Positions 48,985 through 62,450 of a stretch of DNA of 64,000 nucleotides are shown here, piece after piece; within the stretch, counting starts at the first letter, position 1; every line of letters begins with the position of its first letter. A program made the position numbers and the translations under genes. Under the pieces are notes generated by a model that did no database searches, was not told the origin of the DNA, and saw only the letters and a list, made by a program, of their open reading frames with translations. Source of the DNA: Heterodontus francisci (lineage: Eukaryota); NCBI RefSeq assembly GCF_036365525.1, contig NC_090380.1, positions 84,391,658-84,455,657 of the forward strand. The letters are read 5' to 3'.

Positions 48985-51534
48985 GTCAGAGTCCTATTGT
49001 CTAATTGACATTTGCCTCAGGCTCAAATGTCCCATTAAGTGCCAAGATCTTGTTTAAACCATGGGGTGGGAACATCCTGATATTCTTCATCTATTTTTAA
49101 ACTTCATTCAGTAGCTTTCCATCATGTCAAGACCATGGGGGTCATAAATTGGATTGGACAGTTTACGCAAGTCTTAGCCGTTGAGTTGGCAAACTTCCAG
49201 AAAAGGATATTTGCAGAAAAGATCAGCAGACTGCTGGGTCTCATGTTATCTCACTTTTGAAGAACCTTCAAAGTTTGTTTTCTCATTAATTCAAATAAAG
49301 ATGTTCCTTTTTGACTGCCAAATCTTTGTGTCTTCCCGATAGCATTGTCTAGTTTCACAGCTCAGCAAGTTCAGCAAATTCATTTTAACAGGCAGAAAAC
49401 AAGCACTTCAAGACTGTTCACAGTCTCTCAGGCATGACTTAATTTGGCCAAGCTTCAGAATTAATTCTTCTAGTAGTTTCTTTACTGTTCTACGTGAGTT
49501 GCACCAGTGTTGGATCAATGGAAAACATTTGCACCCACCAGTGGTCTGGAGTGGAATTTACATGAAGATCTTCTGGGTCATTTTATTTGACTAACCATTT
49601 GAGCAGCGACTCAACCAGTGCAAATCTTGTATTAAATAGCATTAATCTGGTGGCTACATGCAGCCTTTAAAAAGACAGTTCTGTTTCAATGTTTTAGCAA
49701 CAGACTGGAGGAAAACCACGAAAGGAACTGTTGAGTTATTGTCTTCTTCAGCAATTAAGTACCGAACAATCTTGAGTTGAAATGTAATCAAACAGTGGGT
49801 TCGTTATTATTAAGTAACAGGTTTACAAGAGAGCTTTATAATACACTTGCAACTAGGTGTCGAGCACAACTCCAACTGATCTATCATTTGTTGGTTAATG
49901 TCACTTCTTGTGATAATGTGTGAAGTACTCAGACTGCTAAAGTGTTATCACAAGATCCTTCTTTCCCAAAATGGAAATGCACAAAAGATAAACTATGTAC
50001 ATGATGAAAGAAAACAGTTTTGAGCGATATTTACATATGCACTGACTTTCAAGTCCTTCACTCAAGTGTCTCTAAAACGTACAGGTGGTCCACTGACTTG
50101 ACCTGATCTTGTCACTGTGCAGCTTGGTTGAGAACTAGACTTGTCTCTTGAACTGCCTGTGTGTTCTGACAGTCATCCTGTGCTTGAGCATTACACTTGT
50201 CACTTTTCTATGCTACTTTTTGTCAATTGGAATGTGAAAGTGTTCTCAACACAATAGTGTTGTCGGGCACAATGTTGTTAGCTAAGTCGACATTGGTTTC
50301 TCCTTAGTACTGCTCCATTAGGGGTGGCACCTTTATACCATCTTGGTTCAGTGCAGATTTTGGACACTTCCATGGGAATCCACGTTCCTTCCTGCGGATG
50401 GATCACTCGAGCTTCTGTTCAATCTGTAACGGTGATAGTTCCACGCCTGCGCGTTTGTGGGACACAGCTTTCATCTTCACTTGAATGTCTATCAGTTGAT
50501 CCTGTATTGACAAAGATTTCATGAAGTAATGACTTGGTAGAGTCATCTTAATCTGTCTTCCAAACATAACTCCCATAAGTGATCGTAATCCTGTGCCAAT
50601 TGGTGTTGCCCTTAAGTGTAACATGTCTACATGTCGATCTTGCTTTGTTTCTCAATACTTCACAATCAGAGATTTGACTGTGTGCATCATTGTTTCTGAT
50701 AGGCCGTTCAACCTAGGGTAATGTGATGAAGATGTGACATGGTTTACTGCCCATTTCTTAAACATATATTCAAACAGTTTGACATTATATTGCTGTCCTT
50801 TGTCCGATATTATCTCCTCCGAGGGCCAAACGAGCTGAATTATTGCGCTGCTAGTATTAGCAACTGATTGGCTCAACGTGTCCATCAACTGTCAGATTAT
50901 GGGCAACTTGGAGAAGTAATCTTTTAGCACGAAATAATTGTCATCTTTCATAGAGAAGAGATCAGTGGCAACACATGTCCAAGGATGAGATGGAATTGCA
51001 TGCAGGAGAAGTGGTTTTTTTTATGTTGGTTTGATTGATGCTTTTGACATGCATCACCTGACTGTACTGCTCTCTCAATGCCATTGTTAATTGCTGGCTA
51101 GTACACAGTTTCGCATGTGTGTTTTCTGGAGTTCTCTACATCCGTATGACCCAGGTGCAACTGCAAAAGAATGTCAAGGTGAGACGATTGTAGAATTAAC
51201 ACCTGCCTTCCCTTGAAGATCACGTCACTAGAAATGCCCAATTCAGCTTGGTATGGCCAAAAGATTATAAGTTCTGCAGGAACTTCTTGTATTGTGTCAG
51301 GCCATCTTTGACAATGAGTTGCCGTAGCTTCATTAAGACTGGGTTTCTGGAAGTTTCTTCTTGTAGTTCCTTGCTCTTCCTTTGTCGGACAACATCTTCC
51401 AGTTTCATGTCGACTTCGTCAACCTGGATGTCTAATGGGATGTCTTCACACTTTCTGAGATTGGGTAGCTGGCTAACGGTGTCTGAGGTCACCATAAGCT
51501 TCTCAGGCTTGCAGTTGACCTCATAGTCTTATCC

Positions 51535-51710
51535 TACACATATATGAACATATACATACGAACTAGAAGCAGTATTAGGCTATTCGACCTGCTCCGCCAT
51601 TCTATAAGATCATGGCTGATCTATTTGTGGACTCAAGTCCAATTTCTTGCCTACCCCTGAAACCCTTTGACTCCCTTGTTTGTCAAGAATCTGTCTACCT
51701 CTGCCTTTTT
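51535..51710 (-). mobile_element. CR1 3' tail fragment inside Gypsy
   Basis: Reverse complement GTCAAAGGGTTT...ATCAGCCATGATCTTATAGAATGGCGGAGCAGG. Confidence 0.75.
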
Positions 51711-52806
51711 ATCAATAGTCATCGTAGACGTGGTGGCACACTGGTGAATGGTTTCTGCCATATCATAACCAGTGGTTTATGATCCGTCTCAACTATGAAA
51801 TGCTTCCCAAACAGATAAGTGTGAAACTTGATGATTCTGAATACCAGAGCTAGTGTTTCCCTTCCTCTGTTGGAATAACTTGCCTGTGTGGGTGACAAAC
51901 TCTTTGAGTCAAAAGCAATTGGATGAATCTCTTGTGGTAAGCATGCTTCCAGATCTTTCAACAAAGCATCTACTTCAAGATCAGTATCCTTATTCACGTC
52001 AAGATACTGTAAACAGGCCTCTGTCGACAATGATTGCTTCAGCAAATCAAATGTATGCTGGTGGTCCTCATGCCACAGATAAGTGTATCCTTTTTAAGAG
52101 GAAACATAGAGATGAAAACTTCTCTGCAAAATTTGAGATATAAAGGAGCTAGGAAATCAAATAGACCAAGATATCTCCTTGTCTTGTGGACTTGGTTTTA
52201 GGCTGAATATCCTCTATTTTGCCAGGATCCAGTTTTATGGCTGCAGCTGTGTAAGTGGAACTAAAAAGTTGATGTGATTCATGTCCAAGGCACATTTCTT
52301 GCTGTTGAATACAAGGCCTTCCTTTCCAGCAGTTTGCATGAGAATATGCAGATTCCTTTTTTGCTTTCTTTCTGGGTTGCCTATCACCGCTATATCGTCA
52401 GCAATACAGACATACCCTGGAACATTCTCTGTGATAAGATGCACACATTGCTGAAATAAGTCCTGGCTTACTGATAAACCAAATGGTAGGTATCTCCCAA
52501 ACAGAGTCCTGAAAGTTGTTAATTCTTGCAAACTTTCAGAGAGATGGACCAACCAGTATCCATACTTTGTATAAAGCTTGGAAAACAATGTAGTCTTTGA
52601 AAACATTTTCAGTTCCTCCAACGTGGGGATTTTATTTGGACATCTTTTTAATGCCTGATTTAGCCTTCTAGCCACCAAACATACCCTGATGTTGCAGTCT
52701 TTTTTAATCACCGCTGTATAGAACTGCACCAATCTGTGTGCTGCTGAACATGCCTGATAGTTCCTTGCTTTTCCATAGTATCCAGTTCGACTTTGAATTT
52801 GCCCTT

Positions 52807-53143
52807 AATTTAGTTTAGAGATACAGCACTGAAACAGGCCCTTCGGCCCACCGAGTCTGTGCCGACCATCAACCACCCATTTATACTAATCCTACACTAA
52901 TCCCATATTCCTACCACATCCCCACATTTCCCTACCACCTACCTATACTAGGGGCAATTTATAATGGCCAATTTACCTATCAACCTGCAAGTCTTTTGGC
53001 TTGTGGGAGGAAACTGGAGCACCCGGAGAAAACCCACGCAGACACAGGGAGAACTTGCAAACTCCACACAGGCAGGACCCAGAATTGAACCCGGGTCGCT
53101 GGAGCTGTGAGACTGCAGTGCTAACCACTGCGCCACTGGACCC
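52807..53143 (-). mobile_element. Full-length V-SINE (HE1-like)
   Basis: A box TGGCGCAGTGG, B box GGGTTCAATTC, V domain TGTGTGGAGTTTGCA..TTCTCCC, CR1-derived tail GGGCCGAAGGGCCTGTTTC. Confidence 0.9.
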
Positions 53144-53485
53144 TACATTTCCTGGTGGCTTTATAGAAGGAATGGCATCATCTTTTATAGGTAGAGTGGC
53201 TACTCCTTTGAAACTCCCCACTATATTAAAATGATCCAGCTGCATTGCTGTAAACCTTGGATGGATTCAATGGGATCACACCTGTTTTGGAGGTCTGTCC
53301 TTGGCACGCTGCTGATCTCATAGATTGTCACAATTCGAAGCTCGCTGCATGTTGGTAGCTCTGCAATTGCTGGCCCGTTCGTGTCGACAAAGTAGAATGT
53401 TTGCTGTGACCATGAAGAGTTTCCATACCTACATTCCAGCTTTCCCGTTGCCATATATTTGATTTGGGTGCCATTGTACACAGTG

Positions 53486-54870
53486 GTTTTTTTTTTATTC
53501 GTTCATGGGATGTGGGCATTGCTAGCTAGGCCAGCATTTATTGCACATGCCTAACTGCCCTTGAGAAGGTGGTGGTGAGCCGCCTTCGTGAACTGCGGTA
53601 GTCCATGTGCTGTAGGTACACCCACAGTGCTGTTAGGAAGGATCCAGGAAGTTCCAGGATTTTGATCCAGCAATGGTGAAGGAATGGAATAGTCTCCAAA
53701 TTAGGGTGGTGCATGCCTTGGAGGGGAACTTGGATGTGGTGATGTTCCCATGCATCTGCTGCCCTTGTCCTTCTAGGTGGTAGAGGGCGCGGGTTTTGCA
53801 GGTGCTGTCGAAGGAGCCTTGGTGAGTTGCTGCCATCAATCTTGTATATGGTACACACTGCTGCCACTATGTGTCGGTGGTGGAGGGAGTGAATGTTGAA
53901 CGTGGTGGATGGGGTGCCGATGAAGTGGACTGTTTTGTCCTGGATGATGTCGAGCTTCTTGGGTGTTGTTGGAGTCGCACTCATCCAGGCAAGTGGAGAC
54001 TATTCCATCACACTCCTGACTTGTGCCTTGTAGATGGTGGACAGGCTTTGGGGAGCCAGGAGGTGAGTTATTCACTTCAGAATTCCTAGTCTTTTACCTG
54101 CTCTTGTAGCCACGGAATTTATATGGTTGGTCCAGTTCAGTTTCTGATCAATGGTAACCCCCAGGATGTTGATAGCAGGGATTCAGCAAGGGTAATGCCA
54201 TTGAATGCCAAGAGCAAATGGTTAGATACTCTCTTGCTGGAGATGGTCATTGCCTGGCAGATATGTGGTGCAAATGTTACTTGCCACTTATCAGCCCAAG
54301 CCTGGATGTTATACAGGTCTTCCTGCATGTGGGCATCAATATCTGAGGAGTTGTGAATGGTACTAAACATTGTGCAATCATCAGCGAACATCCCCACTTT
54401 TGAATTTATGATGGAGGGAATGTCATTGATGAAGCAGCTAAAGATATTTGGGCCTAGGAACTCCTACAATGGTGTTCTGGGGCTGAGATGATTGACCTCC
54501 AACAAGCACAACAATTGTCCTTTGTGTTAGATATGATGCCATCCAGTGGAGAATTGTCCCCCCAATTCCCATTGACTTCAATTTTGCCAGGGCTCCTTGA
54601 TGCCTCACTTAGTCAAATTCTGCCTTGATATCAAGGACAGTAACTCTCATGTCACCTCGGGTTTAGCTTTTCTTTTGAGGTTTGGACCAAAGCTATAATG
54701 AGGTCATGAGCTGAGTGGTTCTGGCGGAACCCTAAGTGAGCATCAATGAGCAGGTTATTGCTGTGTAAGTGCCGCTTGATAGTACTGTTAGCGACACCTT
54801 CCATTACTTTGCTGATGATAAAGAGGAGGCTGATGGGTGGTAATTGGCTGGATTTGATTTGTCCAGCTGT
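53486..54870 (-). mobile_element. Older family B LINE, 5'-truncated
   Basis: MFADDCTMF...QAWADKWQVTFAP and family tail. Confidence 0.88.
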
Positions 54871-54885
54871 TTTTTTAATTATAGA

Positions 54886-56690
54886 TTTTTTTATTCATTC
54901 ATGGGATGTGGGCGTCGCTGGCCAGGCCAGCATTTTATTGCCCATCTCGAATTGCCCTTGAGAAGGTGGTGGTGAGCTGCCTTCTTGAACCGCTGCAGTC
55001 CATTTGGGATAGGTATACCCACAGTGCTGTTAAGAAGGGAGTTCCAGGATTTTGACCCAGCGACAGTGAAGGAACGGCGATATAGTTCCAAGTCAGGAAG
55101 GTGTGTGACTTGGAGGGGAACTTGCAGGTAGTGGTGTTCCCATGCATTTGCTGCCCTTGTCCTACTAGTTGGTAGAGGTGGCGGGTTTGGAAGATGCTGT
55201 CTAAGGAGCCTTGGTGCATTGCTGCAGTGCGTCTTGTAGATGGTTCACACTGCTGCCACTGTGCATCGGTGGTGGTGGGAGTGAATGTTTGTGGATGAGA
55301 TGCTAATCAAGCAGGCTGCTTTGTCCTGGATGGTGTCGAGCTTCTTGAGTGTTGTTGGAGCTGCACCCATCCAGGAAAGTGGAGAGTATTCCATCACACT
55401 CCTGACTTGTGCCTTGCAGATGGTGGACAGGCTTTGGGGAGTCAGGAGGTGAGTTATTCTCCGCAGGATTTCTAGCCTCTGACCTGCTCTTGTAGCCATG
55501 GTATTTATATGGCTACTCCAGTTCAGTTTCTAGTCAATGGTAGCACCTAGGATGCCGATAGTGGGGGATTCAGCGATGGTAATGCCATTGAATGTCAAGG
55601 GGAGATGGTTAGATTCTCTCTTGTTGGAGATGGTCATTGCCTGGCACTTGTGTGGCGCGAATGTTACTTGCCACTTATCAGCCCAAGCCTGGATATTGTC
55701 CAGGTCTTGCTGCATATGGACACGGGCTGCTTCAGTATCTGAGCAGTCACTAATGGTGCTGAACATTGTGCAATCATCAGCGGACATCCCCACTTCTGAC
55801 CTTATGATTGAAGGAAGGTCATTGATGAAGCAGCTGAAGATGGTTGGGCCTAGGACACTACCCTGAGGAACATACTTGGGCAATTTTCCACATTGTTGGG
55901 TAGATGCCAGTGTTGTAGATGTACTGGAACAGCTTGGCTAGGGCGCAGCTATTTCTTGAGCACAAGTCTTCAGTACTATTGCCAGAATGTTGTCAGGGCC
56001 CATAGCATTTGTTGTATCCAGTGCCTTCAGCCATTTCTTGATACCCTTTGGAGTGAATCGAGTTGGCTGAAGTTTGGCAAATATGATGCTGGAGACTTAA
56101 GGAGGAGGCCGAGATGGATCCTTTACTCAGCACTTCTGGCTGAAGATGGTTGTAAATACTTTAGCCTTGTCTTTTTCACTGATGTTCTGGGATCCCCCAT
56201 CATTGAAGATGGGGATATTCATGGAGCCACCTCCTCCTGTTAGTTGCTTAATTGCCCACTACCATTCACGACTGGATGTGGCAGGACTGCAGAACTTAGA
56301 TCTGATTTGTTGGTAGTCAGATCTCTTAGGTCTGTTTATCACATGCTGCTTCTGCTGTTTGGCATGCAAGTAGTCCTGTGTTGTAGCTTCACCAGGCTGA
56401 CACCTTATTTTTTGGTTTGCCTGGTCCTGTTCCTGGTATGTCTTCCTGCCCTCTTCATTGAACAAGGGTTGATCCCTTGGCTTGATGGTAATGGTAGAGG
56501 GAGGGATATGCCAGTCCATGAGGTTACAGATTGTAGTTGAATACGATTCTGCTGCTGCTGGTGCCCCACAGCGCCTCATGGATTTCCAGTTTTGAGCTGC
56601 TAGATCTTTTTTGAATCTATCCTATTTAGGACGGTGGTAGTGCCACACAACACAGTGGAGGGTATGCTCAGTATGAAGATAGGACATTGC
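54886..56690 (-). mobile_element. Family B LINE with an internal deletion
   Basis: Jumps from IAQVC directly to VPQGSVLGP near 55870; family tail. Confidence 0.88.
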
Positions 56691-56829
56691 CAGCAAGGCT
56701 CAAATCCATGAAAGAATAAAAAAAACCTTTAGGATGGGGCCTCCACCCTCCCCCTACGAAGTAATGAGCATTAGGGATGGCGTGGCATGGGAGGGACTTA
56801 CGTTAAGTTAAAATCAACTTGAATTCAGA

Positions 56830-57200
56830 TAATGATTTTAACATACATAAACCTCCCAAGGCACTACACAGAGGCATAACCAGGCAAAAATTACTAAGTG
56901 AAAGGTGATGTTAAGGTGGTGATCAAATGCTTGGTCAAAGAGATGGCTATTAATGAGTCTTAAAATGAAGAGAGGTAGGTGGAGAGTTAGGGACGTTGAG
57001 GGAGGAAATTCCAGTACTTGGGGCCTTGTTGCTGAAGTCACTGCTGCCAATGCTGGGGTAATTGGAGTGGGGAATGCACAAGAAGGCTGAGTCAGAGGAA
57101 TGCAGTTGTCTTGGAAAGTTTAGGGATGAAGAAGGTCACAGAGAAAGGAATGGTGAGGCCATGATGGAATTTGAACACAAGATTAGAATCTTAAATTTGA
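56830..57200 (-). mobile_element. Old L2 3' relic
   Basis: Colinear with 30340-30660. Confidence 0.55.
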
Positions 57201-57299
57201 GTAATTCGGGGAGCAGAAGTTAGGGAAATTTGTTCAGAGAAAAAAAAAATTAACTACCTGTTTGTAACACCTGTCAACATCATTCTTTGTTAGGTGCCT

Positions 57300-59683
57300 T
57301 CGAAGAAGGGAAGGAACCGAGTTTAATTGCAACCTGGAGATGGGAATGGTTCATCCAATATTCATTGATCTACTTGTTGTGAGGAGCCATATGCGCCACA
57401 GGCAAAACCAAGAGGCAAGTGCAGCCCACATGGAAGCCCCCGATGGTGATCTGCAGCAGCCCCCAAGGAGAGCTCACCACTACAGAGCACTGCGCATCTA
57501 CAGGTCCCGCATGAGTTACCTGCAGATGTCTGAGCACCAGTGTCAGAGGTGACTGTGGAATTCGAAAGAGGCAGTGACACATCTCTGTGCCCTGCTGAAT
57601 GATGAACTGCAGCCGATGGGCTTTGGTGGACATCCTATGCTTGTGGCCCTCAAAGTGACAGTGGCTCTTAAGCTTTTACGCATCTGCATCATTTTAGGGG
57701 CCCACCAGAGACCTTTGTGGGGTCACACAGTCAGCAGTGCACCATTGCTTCAGAGAGGTCACCAATGCCCTGTGCCAGAGGGCCAGTTACTATGTCCGCT
57801 TCAGGATGGACCCTGAGAGCCAGGCCCAGAGGGCCATCGGTTTCGGCTCCATCACGGGATTCACACAGGTCCAAGGGGTCATGGACTGCATCCATGTGGC
57901 CATTAAGGCTCCTACTGGGCAACTAGCTGCATAGGTAAACCGTAAGGGCATCCACCCGCTCAATGTACAGCTAGTATGTGATCACTGTAAACGCTTCTTG
58001 CAAATTTTTGCCCACTTTCCAGGCAGCTGCCATGACGCCTTCATCCTTTGCCGTTGCTATTCATTGAACTGGCTCAGATGGAGGGGTGGCTTCTTGGAGA
58101 CAAGGGATACCCCTTGCAGACATGGCTCCTGACGCCAGTGAGAAACCCCACCACTGCTGCAGAAGAGCGATACAACTCCAGCTACGGAGCTACAACATCC
58201 ACCGTTGAGCTGGTGATCGGTATGCTGAAAATGCAATTCCGCTGCCTGGATAGATCGGGTGGTGCCCTGCAGTTCGAGCCGGAAAGGGTAGCTCATATCA
58301 TTGCTGTTTGCTGTACTCTGCCCAACTATGCACTCAATCGAGGGGAAGCCTTGCAGGATGAGGAGAGACGTGAGCAGGACTCCTCCTCGGACGATGAGGA
58401 CACTGAGGACTTACAGCAGGAAAGGTAAATGGAGGACAGAGAGCATCCAGGCAGCGCATGTAGGCAAAGCAGCGAGCAAGGGATGCACGTCAACGATTTA
58501 TTGATCAATGGTTCTCCACGCCATAAAAACCATTGTGTGCTCTGCAAGCTACATACCACCCTCACTCACCTGTTGCGCAGCAACATCTTTGGCTCCACCA
58601 TTACTGGCAGCAGTAGACTGAACCATTGACCATGTAAATGCATCCACGGAGAGGCACATGAGTAATTTTGGCATTGAAATGATATCATTCCATACATTGG
58701 CAGTTCTGAAAGGCCAAAGATGTAATGGGAGGAGACACAATCAGTACATGCTGGCACACTTCATTCACACAGTAAAAATGACACACATGCTAGTGAAGCA
58801 CATTTAGCGACATTTTTTTACATTGTAGTGTCACCCATGCAGACCCATTTGTGTCAAGGTGATTTTCTAGAATGCTTGCATGTGCTCCTTCGCCACCTCT
58901 GCACTAGCAGCCTGACTAGAGGAAGGCTGCTGATCAGATTGCCCTTCAGCTGTGGAGGCTGTGGACCGCCCTCCCAATCATGTGGAGGGGGCAGGCGGTC
59001 TGTTGCAGCAATGGCGTCAGGTGCTGGTGCTATTTTTAAAGGGCAGTCAGCCCCACCAGCACATTTAAGTTTTTGAAGAAGTAACCCCCCAAAATTAAAT
59101 AAATAAAGTTATAAGCCCCTTCCCCATCACCTCCAATAACAATCACAGTAACTATTTGCCCTTCCCCTCAAAACACTTATCTTTTACATCTGACCTTCCC
59201 TCCCCACCATTCTGCACAACAGTTAAAGATCAGCCCTTCCCACCATCCCTTACACCCATTATGTTTATTTGACCGCATTGCCCCCCCACTCCCACAGTGA
59301 AAGTCTTAGCTCCTCCACCCTCCCTCCCCCCCACCCCCCACCCCCGCCCCACCAATGTGGCTCCATGTTTCCCGGAGACTTGAAGGCATGGGAGTGCCGG
59401 CCGCTGTGCAAAGGATGACTGTGGGCCCTCAAGATCGCAGGTAAGTCTATTTAAATGTATTCATGTTGTTGATATGAATATTTTAACTGAGGTCCCATCA
59501 CCCAGCAGCGGGGGGGGTGGCGGGGGGGGGGGGGGGGTGAGGGTGGTGGCATCTTGGAGCCGCTGCCAAGAGAATGGGGCCGGGCCCTCATGGCATCGAA
59601 GTCCGTTGCAGGCCTCATCCAAAGCCATCTTCAGGCCTCTCACTGCCATGGAACCCAACACCTGGGGGAGGAAAGCCCAGCCC
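57300..59683 (+). mobile_element. PIF/Harbinger element with transposase pseudogene (57340-58428); left end not found
   Basis: [54 protein letters not shown]; stops and frameshifts; right TIR-like AAAGCCCAGCCC. Confidence 0.85.
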
Positions 59684-60192
59684 CTAGTTTCTATCATGTG
59701 ACCATAGTTTCTCTTTCCATGGCCCTCATAAACAGTTTCTGATGGTTAGGTTATTGTTATACAATGGAGTCTAGATGTCAATTCATCCTCATATCATCTT
59801 GATTAAGTAGAGCTTTTCACACCCATTCTTTGGAATTTGAGTTTGGAGTCAAAAGCTGCAACATCATTGTTAACTCAAAAAGCATTACCACAGAAAGGGT
59901 CATTTGTATTTTAATGATTTCTCAGGGATGTGTCCAGAAAGGTTGATTGTATTTCAATGACTTCTCCAAGACTTGTCCAGACATGAAAATTAACTCAGGG
60001 TTCTTGTAGCTCTATGTGTCACCTGATCTCTTATTGCATTTTGTTTTACAAGAAAAGTGTCCATTTCGGGTTTATTTCATAAGTTCATTTTATAGTTCAT
60101 AAGTTGTGAATGAGTGGGCGTCATAATACATGCACTGTAACCTAATTTTATTCTTCATGCATTCCTCCCTATTCTCACCCCACCTAATACCT

Positions 60193-60352
60193 TAAATGAA
60201 AACAGAAAATGCTAGAAATACTCAGCAGATCTTACCGACTGGAAACATTAACTCTGTTTTTCTCTCTCCACAGATGATGCCAGACCTGATGAGTATTTCC
60301 AGCATTTTCTGTTTCATTTCATATTTCCAACATCTGCACTATTTTGCTTTCT
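60193..60352. mobile_element. Older inverted Penelope-end derivative
   Basis: Short inverted arm AAATGAAAACAGAAAATGCTAGAAATACTCAGCAG followed by sense arm plus tail ...CATCTGCACTATTTTGCTTT. Confidence 0.75.
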
Positions 60353-60692
60353 TGCAACTAATACCTCACTATTTCTCACTCTTGCTCTGCCAATCCTTTG
60401 TTCATCTTGTTTATCCTTCTGAATGTGACATCCTGGTTCCCTCGCCCCTGTCAAGCAAGGTTAAACCCTCCCCAGCAGTACTAGCAAACCACCCAAACAT
60501 CAGCAGATGTGTATCCTGAGCATTGGTTTGTTGTATCTCAGCCATCACCTTCATTTGCAAGTAGTGTGGAATCGAGCTTAGAAACAATGAAATAATGCAC
60601 ACAAAAATGACAATTATGATGCATATTTTTAAAATGGTATCACATAGGTAATTCTCTCAGTTTGTGCCATGCGGCTCAGATACCACACAAAA

Positions 60693-61230
60693 GGGCTGGG
60701 ATTTTACAGGATCAGAGGTGGGGGGGCCACAGAGTATCGTGATGGTTGGCGACAGCGGGACGGAGGGCCTGTCATCTCCCTGTCATGGAGTGATCTTCTC
60801 GGGGAAGGCCTTCCTGCCCAGAAGCCAATTGAGGCCTTTAAGTGGCCTATTAATGGCCAATTAAGGGCCTCTTCTCGCCGCCGCTAGGAACAAATTTACC
60901 CCTCTGGGACCCCTCTTCCCCTGGACTGAACGACCAGCCTCCCACGCCCCCTCATCATGGCCTTTCAGACTGGCCTGGCACCAGTGACCCTACCTCATCT
61001 ACCTCTGTTCCGGGGTTCTAATGCTAGGCCTGGGTCCGTGGCCTCTGCTGTACCGGCAATGGCCACCGCTCCTGGCCCTCTGATTGGCCAGCAGCTCTTG
61101 GAGCGGGATCCCTGTCCCTTTGAAGTCTTTTGGAGGATCGCTCTGGGCGGGAAAGAAAAGGCACAGGCGGGGTTCCCCCTGCATTTTCGGTCCAGCACCG
61201 GGATCCCGCCTCCAGCGTAAAATCCAGCCG
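60693..61230. mobile_element. Harbinger-type MITE
   Basis: TIRs GGGCTGGGATTTTAC...GTAAAATCCAGCC. Confidence 0.8.
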
Positions 61231-61409
61231 AGTGCATGCAACAGTGAGCAAAAACCTCACCATTACCTTCTTCCCAATACCATCAAATCTCTTTTGCATT
61301 TGTAACAGTTGCGCAAGATATTTGTGACTGTATTGACTTGGTTGGCAATTGCCCTCCATGCAACTAGAACTTGCGTTTTTACTGAAGTTCAAAACAGGCC
61401 ACCCTATCT

Positions 61410-62450
61410 GTGTGCCAAACTGCATAAGCAGCATGCGATAGACAGAGCTAAGCGATTCCATAACCAACAGATCAGATCTAAGCTCTGCAGTCCTGCCACA
61501 TCCAGCCGTGAATTATGGTGGTGGACAATTAAACAACTAACTGGAGGAGATGGCTCCACAAGTATCCCCAGCCTCAATGATAGGGGAGCCCAGCACATCA
61601 GTGCAAAAGATAAGGCTGAAGCATTTGCAACAATCTTCAGCCACAAGTGCCGAGTTGATGATCCATCTCATCCTCCTCCTGAAGTCCCCAGCATCACAGA
61701 TGCCAGACTTCAGCCAATTTGATTCACTCAGTATGATATCAAGAAACGACTGAAGGCACTGGATACTGCAAAGGCTATGGGCCCTGACAATATTCCGGCA
61801 ATAGTACTGAAGACCTGTGCTCCAGAACTTGCCGTGACCTGAGCCAAGCTGTTCCAGTACAGCTACAACACTGGCATCTACCCAGCAATGCAGGTATGTC
61901 CTGTGCACTAAAAGCAGGACAAGTCCAACCCGGCCAATTACCGTCCCATCAGCCTACTCTCAATCATCAGTAAAGTAATGGAAGGTGTCATCAACAGTGC
62001 CATCAAGCGGCACTTGCTCAGCAACAACCTGCTCAGTGACGCTCATTTTGGGTTCCGCCAGGGCCACTCAGCTCCTGACCTCATTACAGCCTTGGTTCAA
62101 ACATGGACAAAAGAGCTGATCTCAAGAGGTGAGGTGAGAGTGACTGCCCTTGACATCAAGGCAGCATTTGACCGAGTATGGCATCAAGGAGCCCTAGCAA
62201 AACTGAGGTCAATGGGAATCAGGGGGAAAACCCTCCGCTGGCTAGAGTCATACCGAGCGCAAAGGAAGATGGTTGTGGTTGTTGGAGGTCAATCATCTGA
62301 GCTCCAGGACATCACTGCAGGAGTTCCTCAGGATAGTGTCCCAGGCCCAACCATCTTCAGCTGCTTCATCAATGACCTTCCTTCAATCATACGGTCAGAA
62401 GTGGGGATGTTCGCTGATGATGGCACAATGTTCAGCACCATTCGTGACTC
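61410..62450 (+). mobile_element. Family B LINE fragment, interrupted by a young CR1
   Basis: SRELWWWTIKQLTG...ALDIKAAFDRVWH...MFADDGTMF. Confidence 0.9.

Larger units (their letters stand above)
48513..49494 (-). mobile_element. Probable solo LTR
   Basis: Terminal inverted TGTAGAAC...GTTCTAC(G), flanks tgat/tgag; minus-strand TATAAA near 48830 and ATTAAA near 48605. Confidence 0.55.
49729..53484 (-). mobile_element. Decayed Gypsy-type LTR retrotransposon (PR-RT-RH-IN, 3' LTR about 49729-49955)
   Basis: RT LPFGLSVSQD...IADDI; RH VDA...ETLALVF...VETDHKPL; IN ISDKGQQY...HYPRLNGLSE; PPT GGGAAAGAAGGA 49956-49967; 5' part lost. Confidence 0.85.

Noticed and set aside
57340-58428. Domesticated HARBI1 gene
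   Set aside because: Stops and frameshifts, TIR context and a second decayed copy at 34100 indicate a transposon relic
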